DNA from: a virus
Reading direction: 5' to 3' (one strand)
DNA: 64,000 nt
IMG/VR virus record: IMGVR_UViG_3300031759_000010
The notes under the pieces are model-generated. The model saw nothing but the letters and a program-made list of their open reading frames with translations. It was not told where the DNA came from and made no database searches. Below, piece by piece: positions 42,493 through 51,228 of the stretch; within the stretch, counting starts at the first letter, position 1; every line of letters starts with the position of its first letter. Both the position numbers and the translations under genes were made by a program.

Positions 42493-43398
42493 CTATCCTG
42501 CCACTACTTGAAGTTTACCGCACATTACCAGAAAACCAATCTTTTCAGCTTCATGATGAAGCTTCTTGTGCTCCGAATTTGTAACTATCTTAAAGTTCTC
42601 CACGCGGTTGTCCTGGTGATCTCCATTGATGTGATGGATATGTTCGCTAGGCTTTAGTTTTCTTCCGATATGGACCTCCATGATATACCTATGCTCTGGA
42701 ATCCATTTCCCATCCTCCGCCCTAACGCACCACTCGTTACTGCTTGGCCACCACCTGCGAGATCCAATTGTTCCGCTCGAAAGGCTTGATTGGTACTTCC
42801 CTTGGCACTCCTTACCGCAGAGCATATTATTCCTCTTCCACGACTTGCTCCTGTCTTTAGGTATAGGATTCCCGCAGTATATGCACTTCTTTTCCGGGTA
42901 GGCGTCATGCCACTTTTGCTCTGCAATCCTCTTCTTCAACAGCACCGCGCACCGCACCTTACAGCACACCTTTTCCGAGGAAGGTATAACATCGAACTTA
43001 TCCCCACACTCCACACACTCGCGGGTTTCAATCTTTCTCATAATCACAGAACGGCACTTTCTGCTGCATGTTTTTCTTAAGTTATCCTCACACTGGCTTA
43101 TCCAAAAACTACCCCCGCACGCGAGGCACTTCTTTTCGATCTTCTTGCCGCTTCCCGGCCTGTATAGGCGACGATAATTGCGATTCGCGCAGGATTTGCT
43201 GTGATACTTCCTCCTTCCAATATGGCTCGGAACAACGCGCATCATAACCCCGCATCCCAAGCATGGAATCTCGACACTATTTCTTGCCCTCCACCTATAA
43301 GAACACGACTTACCGCAAGTGGGGCGATCTGCATCTCTTTCGGCAACAATAAAATTGTTACCACATACCTCACAGCGTTTTTCTACCATCTTAGCCAT
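42493..43398 (-). CDS. Free-standing HNH homing-endonuclease-like protein with multiple zinc ribbons
   Basis: Repeated CxxC pairs. C-terminal HIHHINGDHQDNRVENFKIVTNSEHKKLH. Visibly more AT-rich than the flanking structural genes. Confidence 0.8.
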   Translation of the reverse strand: MAKMVEKRCEVCGNNFIVAERDADRPTCGKSCSYRWRARNSVEIPCLGCGVMMRVVPSHIGRRKYHSKSCANRNYRRLYRPGSGKKIEKKCLACGGSFWISQCEDNLRKTCSRKCRSVIMRKIETRECVECGDKFDVIPSSEKVCCKVRCAVLLKKRIAEQKWHDAYPEKKCIYCGNPIPKDRSKSWKRNNMLCGKECQGKYQSSLSSGTIGSRRWWPSSNEWCVRAEDGKWIPEHRYIMEVHIGRKLKPSEHIHHINGDHQDNRVENFKIVTNSEHKKLHHEAEKIGFLVMCGKLQVVAG

Positions 43399-43505
43399 GA
43401 GGTTATTTTACAACAAAACAATTACTCCTGAGGCATGTTTCGTCCTCATACACCAAGGGGCTGACCGCTTATCGCAGCCAGCCCCGAAGCGGTTAAAGAT
43501 GCCAG

Positions 43506-43880
43506 TTAGTAGCCGTACACGATCAGACCAAACGGGAATCCGCTGAGATCGGTGCTGGCCGAAACTTCCGGCTGCAATCCGGCAGAAGACGCATCGCCAT
43601 ACGCGCTAACCGCGAAGCTCGTGCCTGTCGGCTGCTGACTCGTGTAGAAGGAGGAGGGCATGTTGACCATGAAGTCATATGATCCACCGGACACATACTT
43701 CTGGCCCAACAACTGAGCCCCAAAGATGTTTCCGTTCCCAAATCCAACCTGGGTCGGAGTGATCACCCACCCGCCAGTCGGATAATCCGAGACTGCCGGA
43801 GCACAGGTGACCATCTGTGCCTTCATCGAGGGCCCCACATAGAACAGGGTATCGGGAACAATTGTGATCGTAAGCGCCAT
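43506..43880 (-). CDS. Hypothetical virion-module protein
   Basis: 124-aa ORF downstream of the capsid-proximal genes. Confidence 0.55.
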   Translation of the reverse strand: MALTITIVPDTLFYVGPSMKAQMVTCAPAVSDYPTGGWVITPTQVGFGNGNIFGAQLLGQKYVSGGSYDFMVNMPSSFYTSQQPTGTSFAVSAYGDASSAGLQPEVSASTDLSGFPFGLIVYGY

Positions 43881-43889
43881 GACTTCTCC

Positions 43890-44774
43890 TTAAATCTGTT
43901 GCAACGCCGGGTTCAGAAGCACGTCGCAGGTGGTGTTGGTCGAAAGATTGGACCACGCCACGCCGAGGTAGTTCTGATACGGGTTGGCTGTTCCCTGGGC
44001 TGTGCGTACCACCGTAAACGCGTTCGTCGATGTCACCGACATAGACAAAGAGTCTCCGATGACCACCGAGGCCACAGCCGAAACGTTTGGCACCAGTCCG
44101 CCGACCGCGATCCAGCACCAGTTGCCATTCAAGGCAGCCGCTGTTGCACCAGAGGTCGTGTTGGCCAAAAGAACCCCGGCGCATGCGTTCGGGATCATGG
44201 CGGCGTTGTTGGTTGTTACGCCATACGCTTCGTTCGCGTATCCAGAAACCGTCGTGCATGTCGAGTCGGTGTAGTAAACACCGGCCGAGTAGGCCAGCAA
44301 CGTCGGGTTGTTCTGGCTCGAATAGCGCACATACTTCACAACCGGAGGAACGCCGTTCGGAACCTTGGAGCCAAAGAAGCAGGTCAACTGGGCCAAGGTA
44401 ACGCTGGTCGTCGTCGCCTTTGAGAGCGTCAGGGTTGTCGTGCTCGGGATGGCCGCAATCGTGGTGCCGGTAGGCACACCGGATCCGGTGACCGTCATTC
44501 CGACAGACAACTGGGTGGTGTTGGTTACGGCCGTCACGTTCACGGATGTGCTGGTCGTGCCAAGCACCGTGGTTGCCGGGGCATAGTTCGTGCTGAACCC
44601 GGAGTATTGGGTGAAATACTGCCACGGAAGGCCAGCATACACCGCGCCCGGAGGATTCAGTGCGCCATTCGGCCACTGGGTTTGGCTGGTCTGGCTGCCG
44701 GTCGCCACATAGGGGTCGATGGCGGTATACAGGTTTCCAGTCGAGATATTCGGGAAATCAATTCCGTAGCTCAT
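43890..44774 (-). CDS. Thr/Ser-rich structural protein (decoration or tail protein candidate)
   Basis: 294-aa ORF directly downstream of the capsid gene. Confidence 0.6.
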   Translation of the reverse strand: MSYGIDFPNISTGNLYTAIDPYVATGSQTSQTQWPNGALNPPGAVYAGLPWQYFTQYSGFSTNYAPATTVLGTTSTSVNVTAVTNTTQLSVGMTVTGSGVPTGTTIAAIPSTTTLTLSKATTTSVTLAQLTCFFGSKVPNGVPPVVKYVRYSSQNNPTLLAYSAGVYYTDSTCTTVSGYANEAYGVTTNNAAMIPNACAGVLLANTTSGATAAALNGNWCWIAVGGLVPNVSAVASVVIGDSLSMSVTSTNAFTVVRTAQGTANPYQNYLGVAWSNLSTNTTCDVLLNPALQQI

Positions 44775-44891
44775 TACATGTCTCCTTGAAGGTCTACTGT
44801 CCCATTAGTTGTTCCAACTGTTCAACCTCTTCTGACTTCTTGTAGTCGAGAAGGTTTTCTCCATCTACAATAGTCGGAACAACAGTTGTTT

Positions 44892-45866
44892 TTAGCCAGT
44901 TATACCCGTCAGCACAAAGCCGGTGCGCGGCATCGAAACAACGACGTCGCCGATAAAGCAAAGCTGTCCAGCGGCCTGCCATGCGTTCGGAAGCTCCTTG
45001 AAGCCGGTGAATCCGAAAGCAAACTGCTCCTGCGTCGAGATGTACACCGTGAGAGCGTTGGTGTTCATGCCGAACAGATAGCCAGCCGGGCAATACTGGT
45101 CAACCACAACACGCTGGCCGTTGAAGCGGAACGAGTTGAAGCCGATGTTCTGGGTGTTGTCCTCGCCAAAGTTATCCATAACGCGCTGCGCCGGGAGCAT
45201 CTTGGCCCACAGGGCGTTGTAGATGATCTGCGTGGTTGAGAACAGGTTCGGCTGCATGGGGCCAAACGTCGCCTGACCGTATGCCTTCTGAAGCGTGTTC
45301 AGGGAGACGATTCCACCCACGTTCAGGTAGTAACCGTTGATTCCAGCTGAGGCTCCAGTACCAACCAGCGACCGCGACACGTTGCCGTAGGAGGGATAGT
45401 TGGTGCCGTCGTCATATGCGGCCTGTAGGCCGTCCAGCGCGATGATCGAGGAGTTTGTTCCCTGGCCATCCAGATAGAAGTCGGTAACCAGGTTGGTTGC
45501 CATCGCCTGACCGCCGTTCACCATCTGCTGCTCGACGTAGCCCATCACACCAGCGCCGCCATGGTTAATGGCAAGCTGCGCCTCGTCGATGGTCACGTTG
45601 ACGTAATACTGCTTCGGGTTGAAGGTCATCGCAGTGTCAACCTGAACCTGCGAAATGTCGAAGGTTGAGCCGAAGGTAGTCGCCCCGCCCTTCAGCGGTG
45701 CATACTGGAACGGCTGCTGAATCCAGGTGCCGCCGTTGTAATCGGCTGTCCGATCACCCTTGAACATCAAGTAGAAAACTGGCGAATACTTATAATAGTT
45801 GTCCGCCATCTCCGGCACGATGAATGGGAGGGTGATCGCATTGATGTTGTTGTAATTCAGCGCCAT
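44892..45866 (-). CDS. Major capsid protein candidate
   Basis: 324-aa ORF immediately downstream of a scaffold-like gene. Size and composition are typical of HK97-fold capsid proteins. The call rests on synteny. Confidence 0.65.
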   Translation of the reverse strand: MALNYNNINAITLPFIVPEMADNYYKYSPVFYLMFKGDRTADYNGGTWIQQPFQYAPLKGGATTFGSTFDISQVQVDTAMTFNPKQYYVNVTIDEAQLAINHGGAGVMGYVEQQMVNGGQAMATNLVTDFYLDGQGTNSSIIALDGLQAAYDDGTNYPSYGNVSRSLVGTGASAGINGYYLNVGGIVSLNTLQKAYGQATFGPMQPNLFSTTQIIYNALWAKMLPAQRVMDNFGEDNTQNIGFNSFRFNGQRVVVDQYCPAGYLFGMNTNALTVYISTQEQFAFGFTGFKELPNAWQAAGQLCFIGDVVVSMPRTGFVLTGITG

Positions 45867-45882
45867 TGCTCATTCTCCTTGG

Positions 45883-46542
45883 TTAGCTTGCCCGTTCCAA
45901 CTGGGACAGCTTCTCGTTCAATACTTCAGCCCGCGTCTTGCCATCAGCGTTCACGGCCCGCCCAAAAGCCTTCAGGGCCCCACGGACCCCGGTTGCTGCC
46001 GCAGGAGTAACCCCGGGAATCGACTGAGAAGAACTCTTCTCCTTCGCTTTCTCCTCCGCGCGGCGCTCAACCTCAAGCTCCGTGTGGCGGTCGCGGGTCC
46101 ACTCCTTGTAGGCTTCCTTCGGAGACGAGAAAGTCCTCCCCGAGTCACCCACAAACTTGTTCAAGGCTTCCAAATCAAGATCCTCGCCAAAGAGCTGCTT
46201 GTGCTCGTTGCGGATCTGCATGGTGTCGTCAGCCATCCTGATCGCGCGGCCGAGAAAGGCAGAGCCCTCAGCCTGAACAACAGCCTTGGCTTGCTCTTTT
46301 GCGATCTCGCTAAACTTCGGCGTCAGAGATGTCTCAAAATCTGTAAACGATGTCTTCAGGGTCTTGGTCAAATCTTCCAAGGTGAAACCAGAAATAGAGC
46401 CAGACTCAGGAATACCCCTTCCATCGTCCAGATAGGTGACCAGCTCTTCGCCGCGCACCAACTTGTCCGCAAGGCCTGCCGCCTGAATCTTGGCGATTGC
46501 GTCTTCCCCGAGAACACCCTTCAGCTCGTCAATGATTGCCAT
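45883..46542 (-). CDS. Scaffolding protein candidate
   Basis: 219-aa charged, helical-looking protein between the portal side and the capsid gene. Confidence 0.5.
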   Translation of the reverse strand: MAIIDELKGVLGEDAIAKIQAAGLADKLVRGEELVTYLDDGRGIPESGSISGFTLEDLTKTLKTSFTDFETSLTPKFSEIAKEQAKAVVQAEGSAFLGRAIRMADDTMQIRNEHKQLFGEDLDLEALNKFVGDSGRTFSSPKEAYKEWTRDRHTELEVERRAEEKAKEKSSSQSIPGVTPAAATGVRGALKAFGRAVNADGKTRAEVLNEKLSQLERAS

Positions 46543-46559
46543 AAAATCCTATCCTCCTG

Positions 46560-46949
46560 TTACGCGCCCGGAACAGCCTCGGGACCTGGTTGCGGCGGAG
46601 GAGCCGAAGCCTCAGCCGGTGGGGGTGCTTGTCCGCCAGGAGCGCCGCCGCCATCAAGAACGGAGGGATCCTGCTTCATAGAGGTTGCAACAAATTTCTT
46701 GAGGCTATCCTTGGCCGCATCCAGATTTGGATCCGGCTTTCCGCCAAGTTTGGCTTCGAGCTTCTTGAAAACCTCAAACACGGCCTTCAATGCCTCGATA
46801 ACCTCGTCACCTGCCCCACCCTTCTTAGCCGGAGGAGGCGCTTGACGCATGGACGCGACCCTGGAGTAGTAGTCCGGGGGGGTGGACCCAGAAGGCCCCC
46901 CACCGCTGCCGCCGCCGAAGCTGTCCGCTACTACGTTTGCGTTTGCCAT
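46560..46949 (-). CDS. Gly/Pro/Ala-rich hypothetical protein
   Basis: 129-aa ORF with low-complexity termini. Confidence 0.45.
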   Translation of the reverse strand: MANANVVADSFGGGSGGGPSGSTPPDYYSRVASMRQAPPPAKKGGAGDEVIEALKAVFEVFKKLEAKLGGKPDPNLDAAKDSLKKFVATSMKQDPSVLDGGGAPGGQAPPPAEASAPPPQPGPEAVPGA

Positions 46950-46957
46950 CTTGTCCC

Positions 46958-47137
46958 TTACTGGTTATCCGGGTAGGCGTTCTTCACGTTGGGAGAGATA
47001 CCCTTGGCCGGGATCTTTCCGGCATCGTGATAGGACACGCCAATTGCATGAAACACACCCTTCTTCAGCTTTGCCGTCTTGGCTGCTGGTCCGAAGGTGT
47101 CTTCCGTCGCCTTGTTGGTCTCAACAAACTTCTTCAT
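46958..47137 (-). CDS. Unlisted 59-aa ORF (MKKFVETNKATEDTFGPAAK...)
   Basis: Hand-translated. ATG 47137 is preceded by GGAGAA; TAA at 46958-46960. It falls below the ORF-track length cut-off. Confidence 0.4.
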   Translation of the reverse strand: MKKFVETNKATEDTFGPAAKTAKLKKGVFHAIGVSYHDAGKIPAKGISPNVKNAYPDNQ

Positions 47138-47154
47138 CTGGATTCTCCAGTTGT

Positions 47155-47186
47155 GAGGGGGATGTCTCCATCCCCCTCTTGGTTTT
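47155..47186 (+). terminator. Perfect 10-bp stem hairpin with T-tract on the plus strand
   Basis: GAGGGGGATG-TCTC-CATCCCCCTC followed by TTGGTTTT. No plus-strand gene lies upstream, so its role is unclear. Confidence 0.4.
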
Positions 47187-47333
47187 AAATCTGCTGCGTG
47201 ATTACTTCACGCGCTTTGCGCTACGCTTGCCGTGGCGCTTTCCACCCTTGCGGCCCTTGTGACGTGCCATATGGATGTACTCCTTTCGTGAAAGGATCGG
47301 CGTTTTTAACGTGCCCGTCTCCACGAACACCAA

Positions 47334-47351
47334 AGTAACCAAACATGGTTA
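47334..47351. promoter_or_regulatory. Inverted repeat GTAACC-N6-GGTTAC upstream of the plus-strand sugar-modification operon
   Basis: Uses the same hexamer half-sites as the 31664 and 57206 elements, in the inverse arrangement. Confidence 0.35.
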
Positions 47352-47469
47352 CCTTGGAGTTGATTTAACTGTACCCAATCAGATTGGCGTGTCAAGAGAT
47401 ACGTCCAAATTGACATCTTTTTTCCTCGACCCGTTCTGCGCCAGAGTAAAATGTTCTTGCGGAGGAGAC

Positions 47470-48645
47470 GTGCCACATAAAATCCTTGTTCTCTCGGACT
47501 TACCGACATCCAGCTCTGGATTAGCGAAAATATCGCGCGAACTGGCGTGCAGAATCAATAAGATGGAAGATTTCGAGGTTGCCAGTTATGGGTCTGGAGG
47601 AATCGCCTCCAAGCGCTTCCCGTGGCCACAATGCGAACTGGCTGGTCCAAATGCTCTTGCCCCTCAAAATCTCCCAGAAGCATGGACAGACTTCGCCGGA
47701 AATGAAAGAGGAACCCTGCTTACGATATGGAATCCGGGATGGCTCGGGTGGCTTACGCATCCAGAGCTTCTGCCGGACGGGAAGCTGAAAAACTTCATCC
47801 AATCCGATCCATTTGATGTTTGGGCATACCTCCCCCTGGACGCCGAAGGCCCGGACGGCCGCGTACCACTGGGAATTGCGAATATCATCAAGAGGTTCGA
47901 CCGGCCCCTGGCTTACACGCAATGGGAGGCCGACATGATCGACAAGACCATCGGCGGCAACATAGAACATCTTCCACATGGAACCGACTCGTCAATCTTC
48001 TATCCGCGAGACAGAGAGTCATCCCGGTCCTCCCTGGTCAACTTGGTCACAGAAAAAGGCGACTATCCAATCAAAGATGGAACCCTGATGATTGGGGTTG
48101 TGGCCACAAACAGCGCCAGAAAGGATTGGCAACTGGCGTTCCAAGTTGGGCGGGAACTCGTGAATCGCGGACTCAATATCGGCCTCTGGTGCCACACGGA
48201 TGCCTATGTAAAATACTGGGATATCCCCGCCCTTATTGCCGAATACGGGTTGGATGGGAGGGTTATCGTCTCCAACAAACACCTCACCGACAACGAGGTG
48301 GCTACCTGCTTTTCCGCCTGCGACGTCACCTTTGGAATAGGTAGGGGCGAGGGGTGGGGATTACCCCTAAGCGAATCTCTTGCGGCCGGGACTCCGGTTG
48401 TTCATGGAAAATACGCCGGAGCCACCGAATTCATACCGCCCAATATGCTCGTTGAGCCCATAGCGCTTTTCAACGACGACTTCTACGGACACCAGAGGCC
48501 GGTCTTCAATGTGTCAGACTGGGCAGACAAAACCATCTTCGCGGCATCGCTCGGAACCGGAAAATCTCTCCTCGATCCCAAGTTCTACTGGGACAACTGC
48601 TGGGCGAGCTGGGAAGAGTGGCTGAAGAGAGGAATTGCCAAGTGA
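47470..48645 (+). CDS. Glycosyltransferase, GT4/GT1-type
   Basis: GRGEGWGLPLSESLAAGTPVV is the E-x7-E-type GT1 signature. GTG 47470 is preceded by GGAGGAG. The ORF extends upstream to 47275. Confidence 0.8.
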   Translation: MPHKILVLSDLPTSSSGLAKISRELACRINKMEDFEVASYGSGGIASKRFPWPQCELAGPNALAPQNLPEAWTDFAGNERGTLLTIWNPGWLGWLTHPELLPDGKLKNFIQSDPFDVWAYLPLDAEGPDGRVPLGIANIIKRFDRPLAYTQWEADMIDKTIGGNIEHLPHGTDSSIFYPRDRESSRSSLVNLVTEKGDYPIKDGTLMIGVVATNSARKDWQLAFQVGRELVNRGLNIGLWCHTDAYVKYWDIPALIAEYGLDGRVIVSNKHLTDNEVATCFSACDVTFGIGRGEGWGLPLSESLAAGTPVVHGKYAGATEFIPPNMLVEPIALFNDDFYGHQRPVFNVSDWADKTIFAASLGTGKSLLDPKFYWDNCWASWEEWLKRGIAK

Positions 48646-50051
48646 GAATCTGTCTGGTTACTCCACCCAGCCCATTCCTCCTCGACCAGCGGGTCTTTGT
48701 CTCTCTCGGAATCCTGAAGGTCGGAGCCGTACTTGAGCGCCAAGGGTTCTCCGTTGACCACGTTGACCTGACTGGAGTCTCCAACTACGAGGAGGCTATA
48801 AGGGACTACCCCCACAAAGACGCAATCTTCGCCCTCACGGCAACCACCCCTCAAATGCCATCCGCGATAGCCATCAGATCTGCCCTTGCAGGCTCTCGCA
48901 CCATCCTGGGAGGCCCACATACCACCCTAATCAACGCAGCGGCCAAGAAGGGCAACCAGAGGTCAGCAGAGATGCTGTCAGAGCTGGTCTCCATATTTGG
49001 AACAGTGGTCGCCGGAGATGGAGAGAAGTCAATTTTCACCGCCATACACCAGCGGGGGCTTATTGACGCCGACGACCCCAAGTCGATCCTCTGGAATACC
49101 TCCAAAGACTTCACAGATGACCCATGGCCAGCCCGTCACCTGGTGGACATGTCTTCCTACCACTACACGGTAGACGGAAGAAAGTCATACTCTCTGATCG
49201 GCCAAACCGGGTGCCCGATGCACTGCAACTTCTGCGGAGGAAGAAACTCTCCCATGTTGAGGCAGATTCGCAAGCGGTCCACAGAAAACATCGTCGCCGA
49301 AATGATGCACCTTCACGACGTGTATGGTGCCGATGGAGCCATGTTTTACGACGACGAACTCAATATCAACAAAAGCATCATCCCACTGATGAGGCAAATT
49401 GCCAACACCGGGGTTGACTGGCGTCTGCGCGGATTCGTGAAGTCTGAATTGTTCACCGAAGAGCAGGCGGAGTCGATGTATGCGGCCGGTTTTCGCTGGC
49501 TTCTCTGTGGATTCGAGGCGGCGCATCCGCGCATCCTCCGCAATATCGCCAAAAACGCCACCGTCCAAGACAACACTAACATGCTAAGAATCGCCCACAA
49601 GCACGGCTTAAAGGTCAAAGCCCTCATGAGCGTCGGCCACCCCGCAGAGAGCGAAGAGACAATCCTCGCCATGCGCGACTGGCTGCTCGACGAAAAGCCC
49701 GACGACTTCGACGTAACCGTGATCACTGTGTATCCGGGAACTCCGTACCATGACAGCGCTATCGAGGTCGCGCACCCGATATACAGGTTCGACACGTTTG
49801 GCGATTCTCTCTACTTTGAGAGCGTTGACTTCAACAAAGAGCAAGCCTTTTACAAGGGAAAGCCGGGAGAATACCGCTCCTATGTGTGGACAGACTTCAT
49901 TTCGCGCGAACGCCTGGCGCAGATGCGAGATGAGATAGAAGATGAGGTGCGGTCAAAACTGTCCATCCCTTACCCCACGGCGGCGGAAGCAGTAGCCTAT
50001 GAACACAGCATGGGCATGAGCCTGCCCACCAACATATTGAGGACAAAATGA
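48642..50051 (+). CDS. B12-binding-domain radical SAM enzyme
   Basis: GCPMHCNFCGG is the CxxxCxxC motif. The N-terminal ICLVTPPSPF...GILKVGAVLERQG is B12-binding-like. GTGA overlap with the upstream stop. Confidence 0.85.
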   Translation: MRICLVTPPSPFLLDQRVFVSLGILKVGAVLERQGFSVDHVDLTGVSNYEEAIRDYPHKDAIFALTATTPQMPSAIAIRSALAGSRTILGGPHTTLINAAAKKGNQRSAEMLSELVSIFGTVVAGDGEKSIFTAIHQRGLIDADDPKSILWNTSKDFTDDPWPARHLVDMSSYHYTVDGRKSYSLIGQTGCPMHCNFCGGRNSPMLRQIRKRSTENIVAEMMHLHDVYGADGAMFYDDELNINKSIIPLMRQIANTGVDWRLRGFVKSELFTEEQAESMYAAGFRWLLCGFEAAHPRILRNIAKNATVQDNTNMLRIAHKHGLKVKALMSVGHPAESEETILAMRDWLLDEKPDDFDVTVITVYPGTPYHDSAIEVAHPIYRFDTFGDSLYFESVDFNKEQAFYKGKPGEYRSYVWTDFISRERLAQMRDEIEDEVRSKLSIPYPTAAEAVAYEHSMGMSLPTNILRTK

Positions 50052-50581
50052 ACATTGAGAAAGCCCTCGCAACACCCGGATGGATGGGGGAAAGGGACCT
50101 GGAGTACCTTGCCCATGCCGCATCCAAATCCTCAACCATCGTTGAAGTAGGGTCGTGGATGGGACGCAGCACCCTGGCCCTGGCCTGCAATACCGCCGGA
50201 ACAATCTATGCCGTGGATACATGGCAAGGAACCGAACAGCAGGGCGACTTTTTGGCAGACAAGGATCCGGACTGGCTCCTTGGAGAATTCAGAAAATACA
50301 CCTCATGCGCGGCAAATATCATCATCTGCAAGGGGCCATCGGCAGATATCGCCGCATCCTTTCCAGACATCACCGCCGACCTGATCTTCATCGATGGGTA
50401 TCACACCTATGAAGGAGTGAGAGACGACATCCTGGCATGGAGACCCAAACTTCGCCCCGGAGGAATCCTCTGCGGACACGATTACGGAGCCCCGCCTTGG
50501 GATGGAGTCAAGCAGGCGGTGGATGAGCTGGTACCCAAGTTTCGCATTATCGATTCAATCTGGACTACGGAGGAAGAGTGA
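50048..50581 (+). CDS. Class I SAM-dependent methyltransferase (Methyltransf_24-like)
   Basis: IVEVGSWMGRSTLALA...LIFIDGYHTYEGV...GGILCGHDY. ATGA overlap with the upstream stop. Confidence 0.8.
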   Translation: MNIEKALATPGWMGERDLEYLAHAASKSSTIVEVGSWMGRSTLALACNTAGTIYAVDTWQGTEQQGDFLADKDPDWLLGEFRKYTSCAANIIICKGPSADIAASFPDITADLIFIDGYHTYEGVRDDILAWRPKLRPGGILCGHDYGAPPWDGVKQAVDELVPKFRIIDSIWTTEEE

Positions 50582-51228
50582 GCGATTACAAGATGTGGAT
50601 TCCATACCTTAACCGTCCCGACCTTCTCGATACGGCCGTAAGGTCATCTGAAGCCTACGGTTCAAACCGTATCATTATTGACAACTCCCCAGAAGGCCTG
50701 CCAACAGACACCTGGATGCACTGGCATGGAGTCTACGTTCTTCGCCCCCTGGTTCCCCTTTCATGCCCCCAAACCTTCAACTACATCATGAGGACGACAC
50801 AAGAACAGGGAGCAAACATCTGCATCTGGATGCACAACGACGCCGAGCCCCACCCAGGCGTATGCGAAGAGCTTCTCAAGATCGCGCGTCAGTCCAACCT
50901 TCAAGGCAGAAAGTGGGGAGTCCTGTGGACCCACTACGACACGCTGTCGGCTATCAACACAGATTTACTGTCGGCAGGCGTCGAGTGGGACACAACCTTT
51001 TGGCAGTATTTTTGCGACAACGACTTCTATCGGAGGGTTCGTCTGGCTGGATACGAGTGCATTGACACTGGTCTTCAGGTGAACCACCCCGGAAGCCAGA
51101 CCATCAACAGCGATCCAGCCATAAAACTGAAGAACAATGCAACCTTCATGCTCTACAGGGACTACTACATCCGCAAGTGGGGCGGAGAGCCGGGGCACGA
51201 AGCATTTACAACCCCATTCGGAGTCTAA
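50578..51228 (+). CDS. GT2-like glycosyltransferase
   Basis: IPYLNRPDLL...IIIDNSP, HNDAE (DxD-like) and CDNDFYRRVRLAGY. GTGA overlap with the upstream stop. Confidence 0.6.
   Translation: MSDYKMWIPYLNRPDLLDTAVRSSEAYGSNRIIIDNSPEGLPTDTWMHWHGVYVLRPLVPLSCPQTFNYIMRTTQEQGANICIWMHNDAEPHPGVCEELLKIARQSNLQGRKWGVLWTHYDTLSAINTDLLSAGVEWDTTFWQYFCDNDFYRRVRLAGYECIDTGLQVNHPGSQTINSDPAIKLKNNATFMLYRDYYIRKWGGEPGHEAFTTPFGV

Noticed and set aside
47410-47452. Sigma-70 promoter for the sugar operon (TTGACA ... TAAAAT).
   Set aside because: The hexamers are 31 nt apart, far from the canonical ~17-nt spacing. The host promoter type is unknown.
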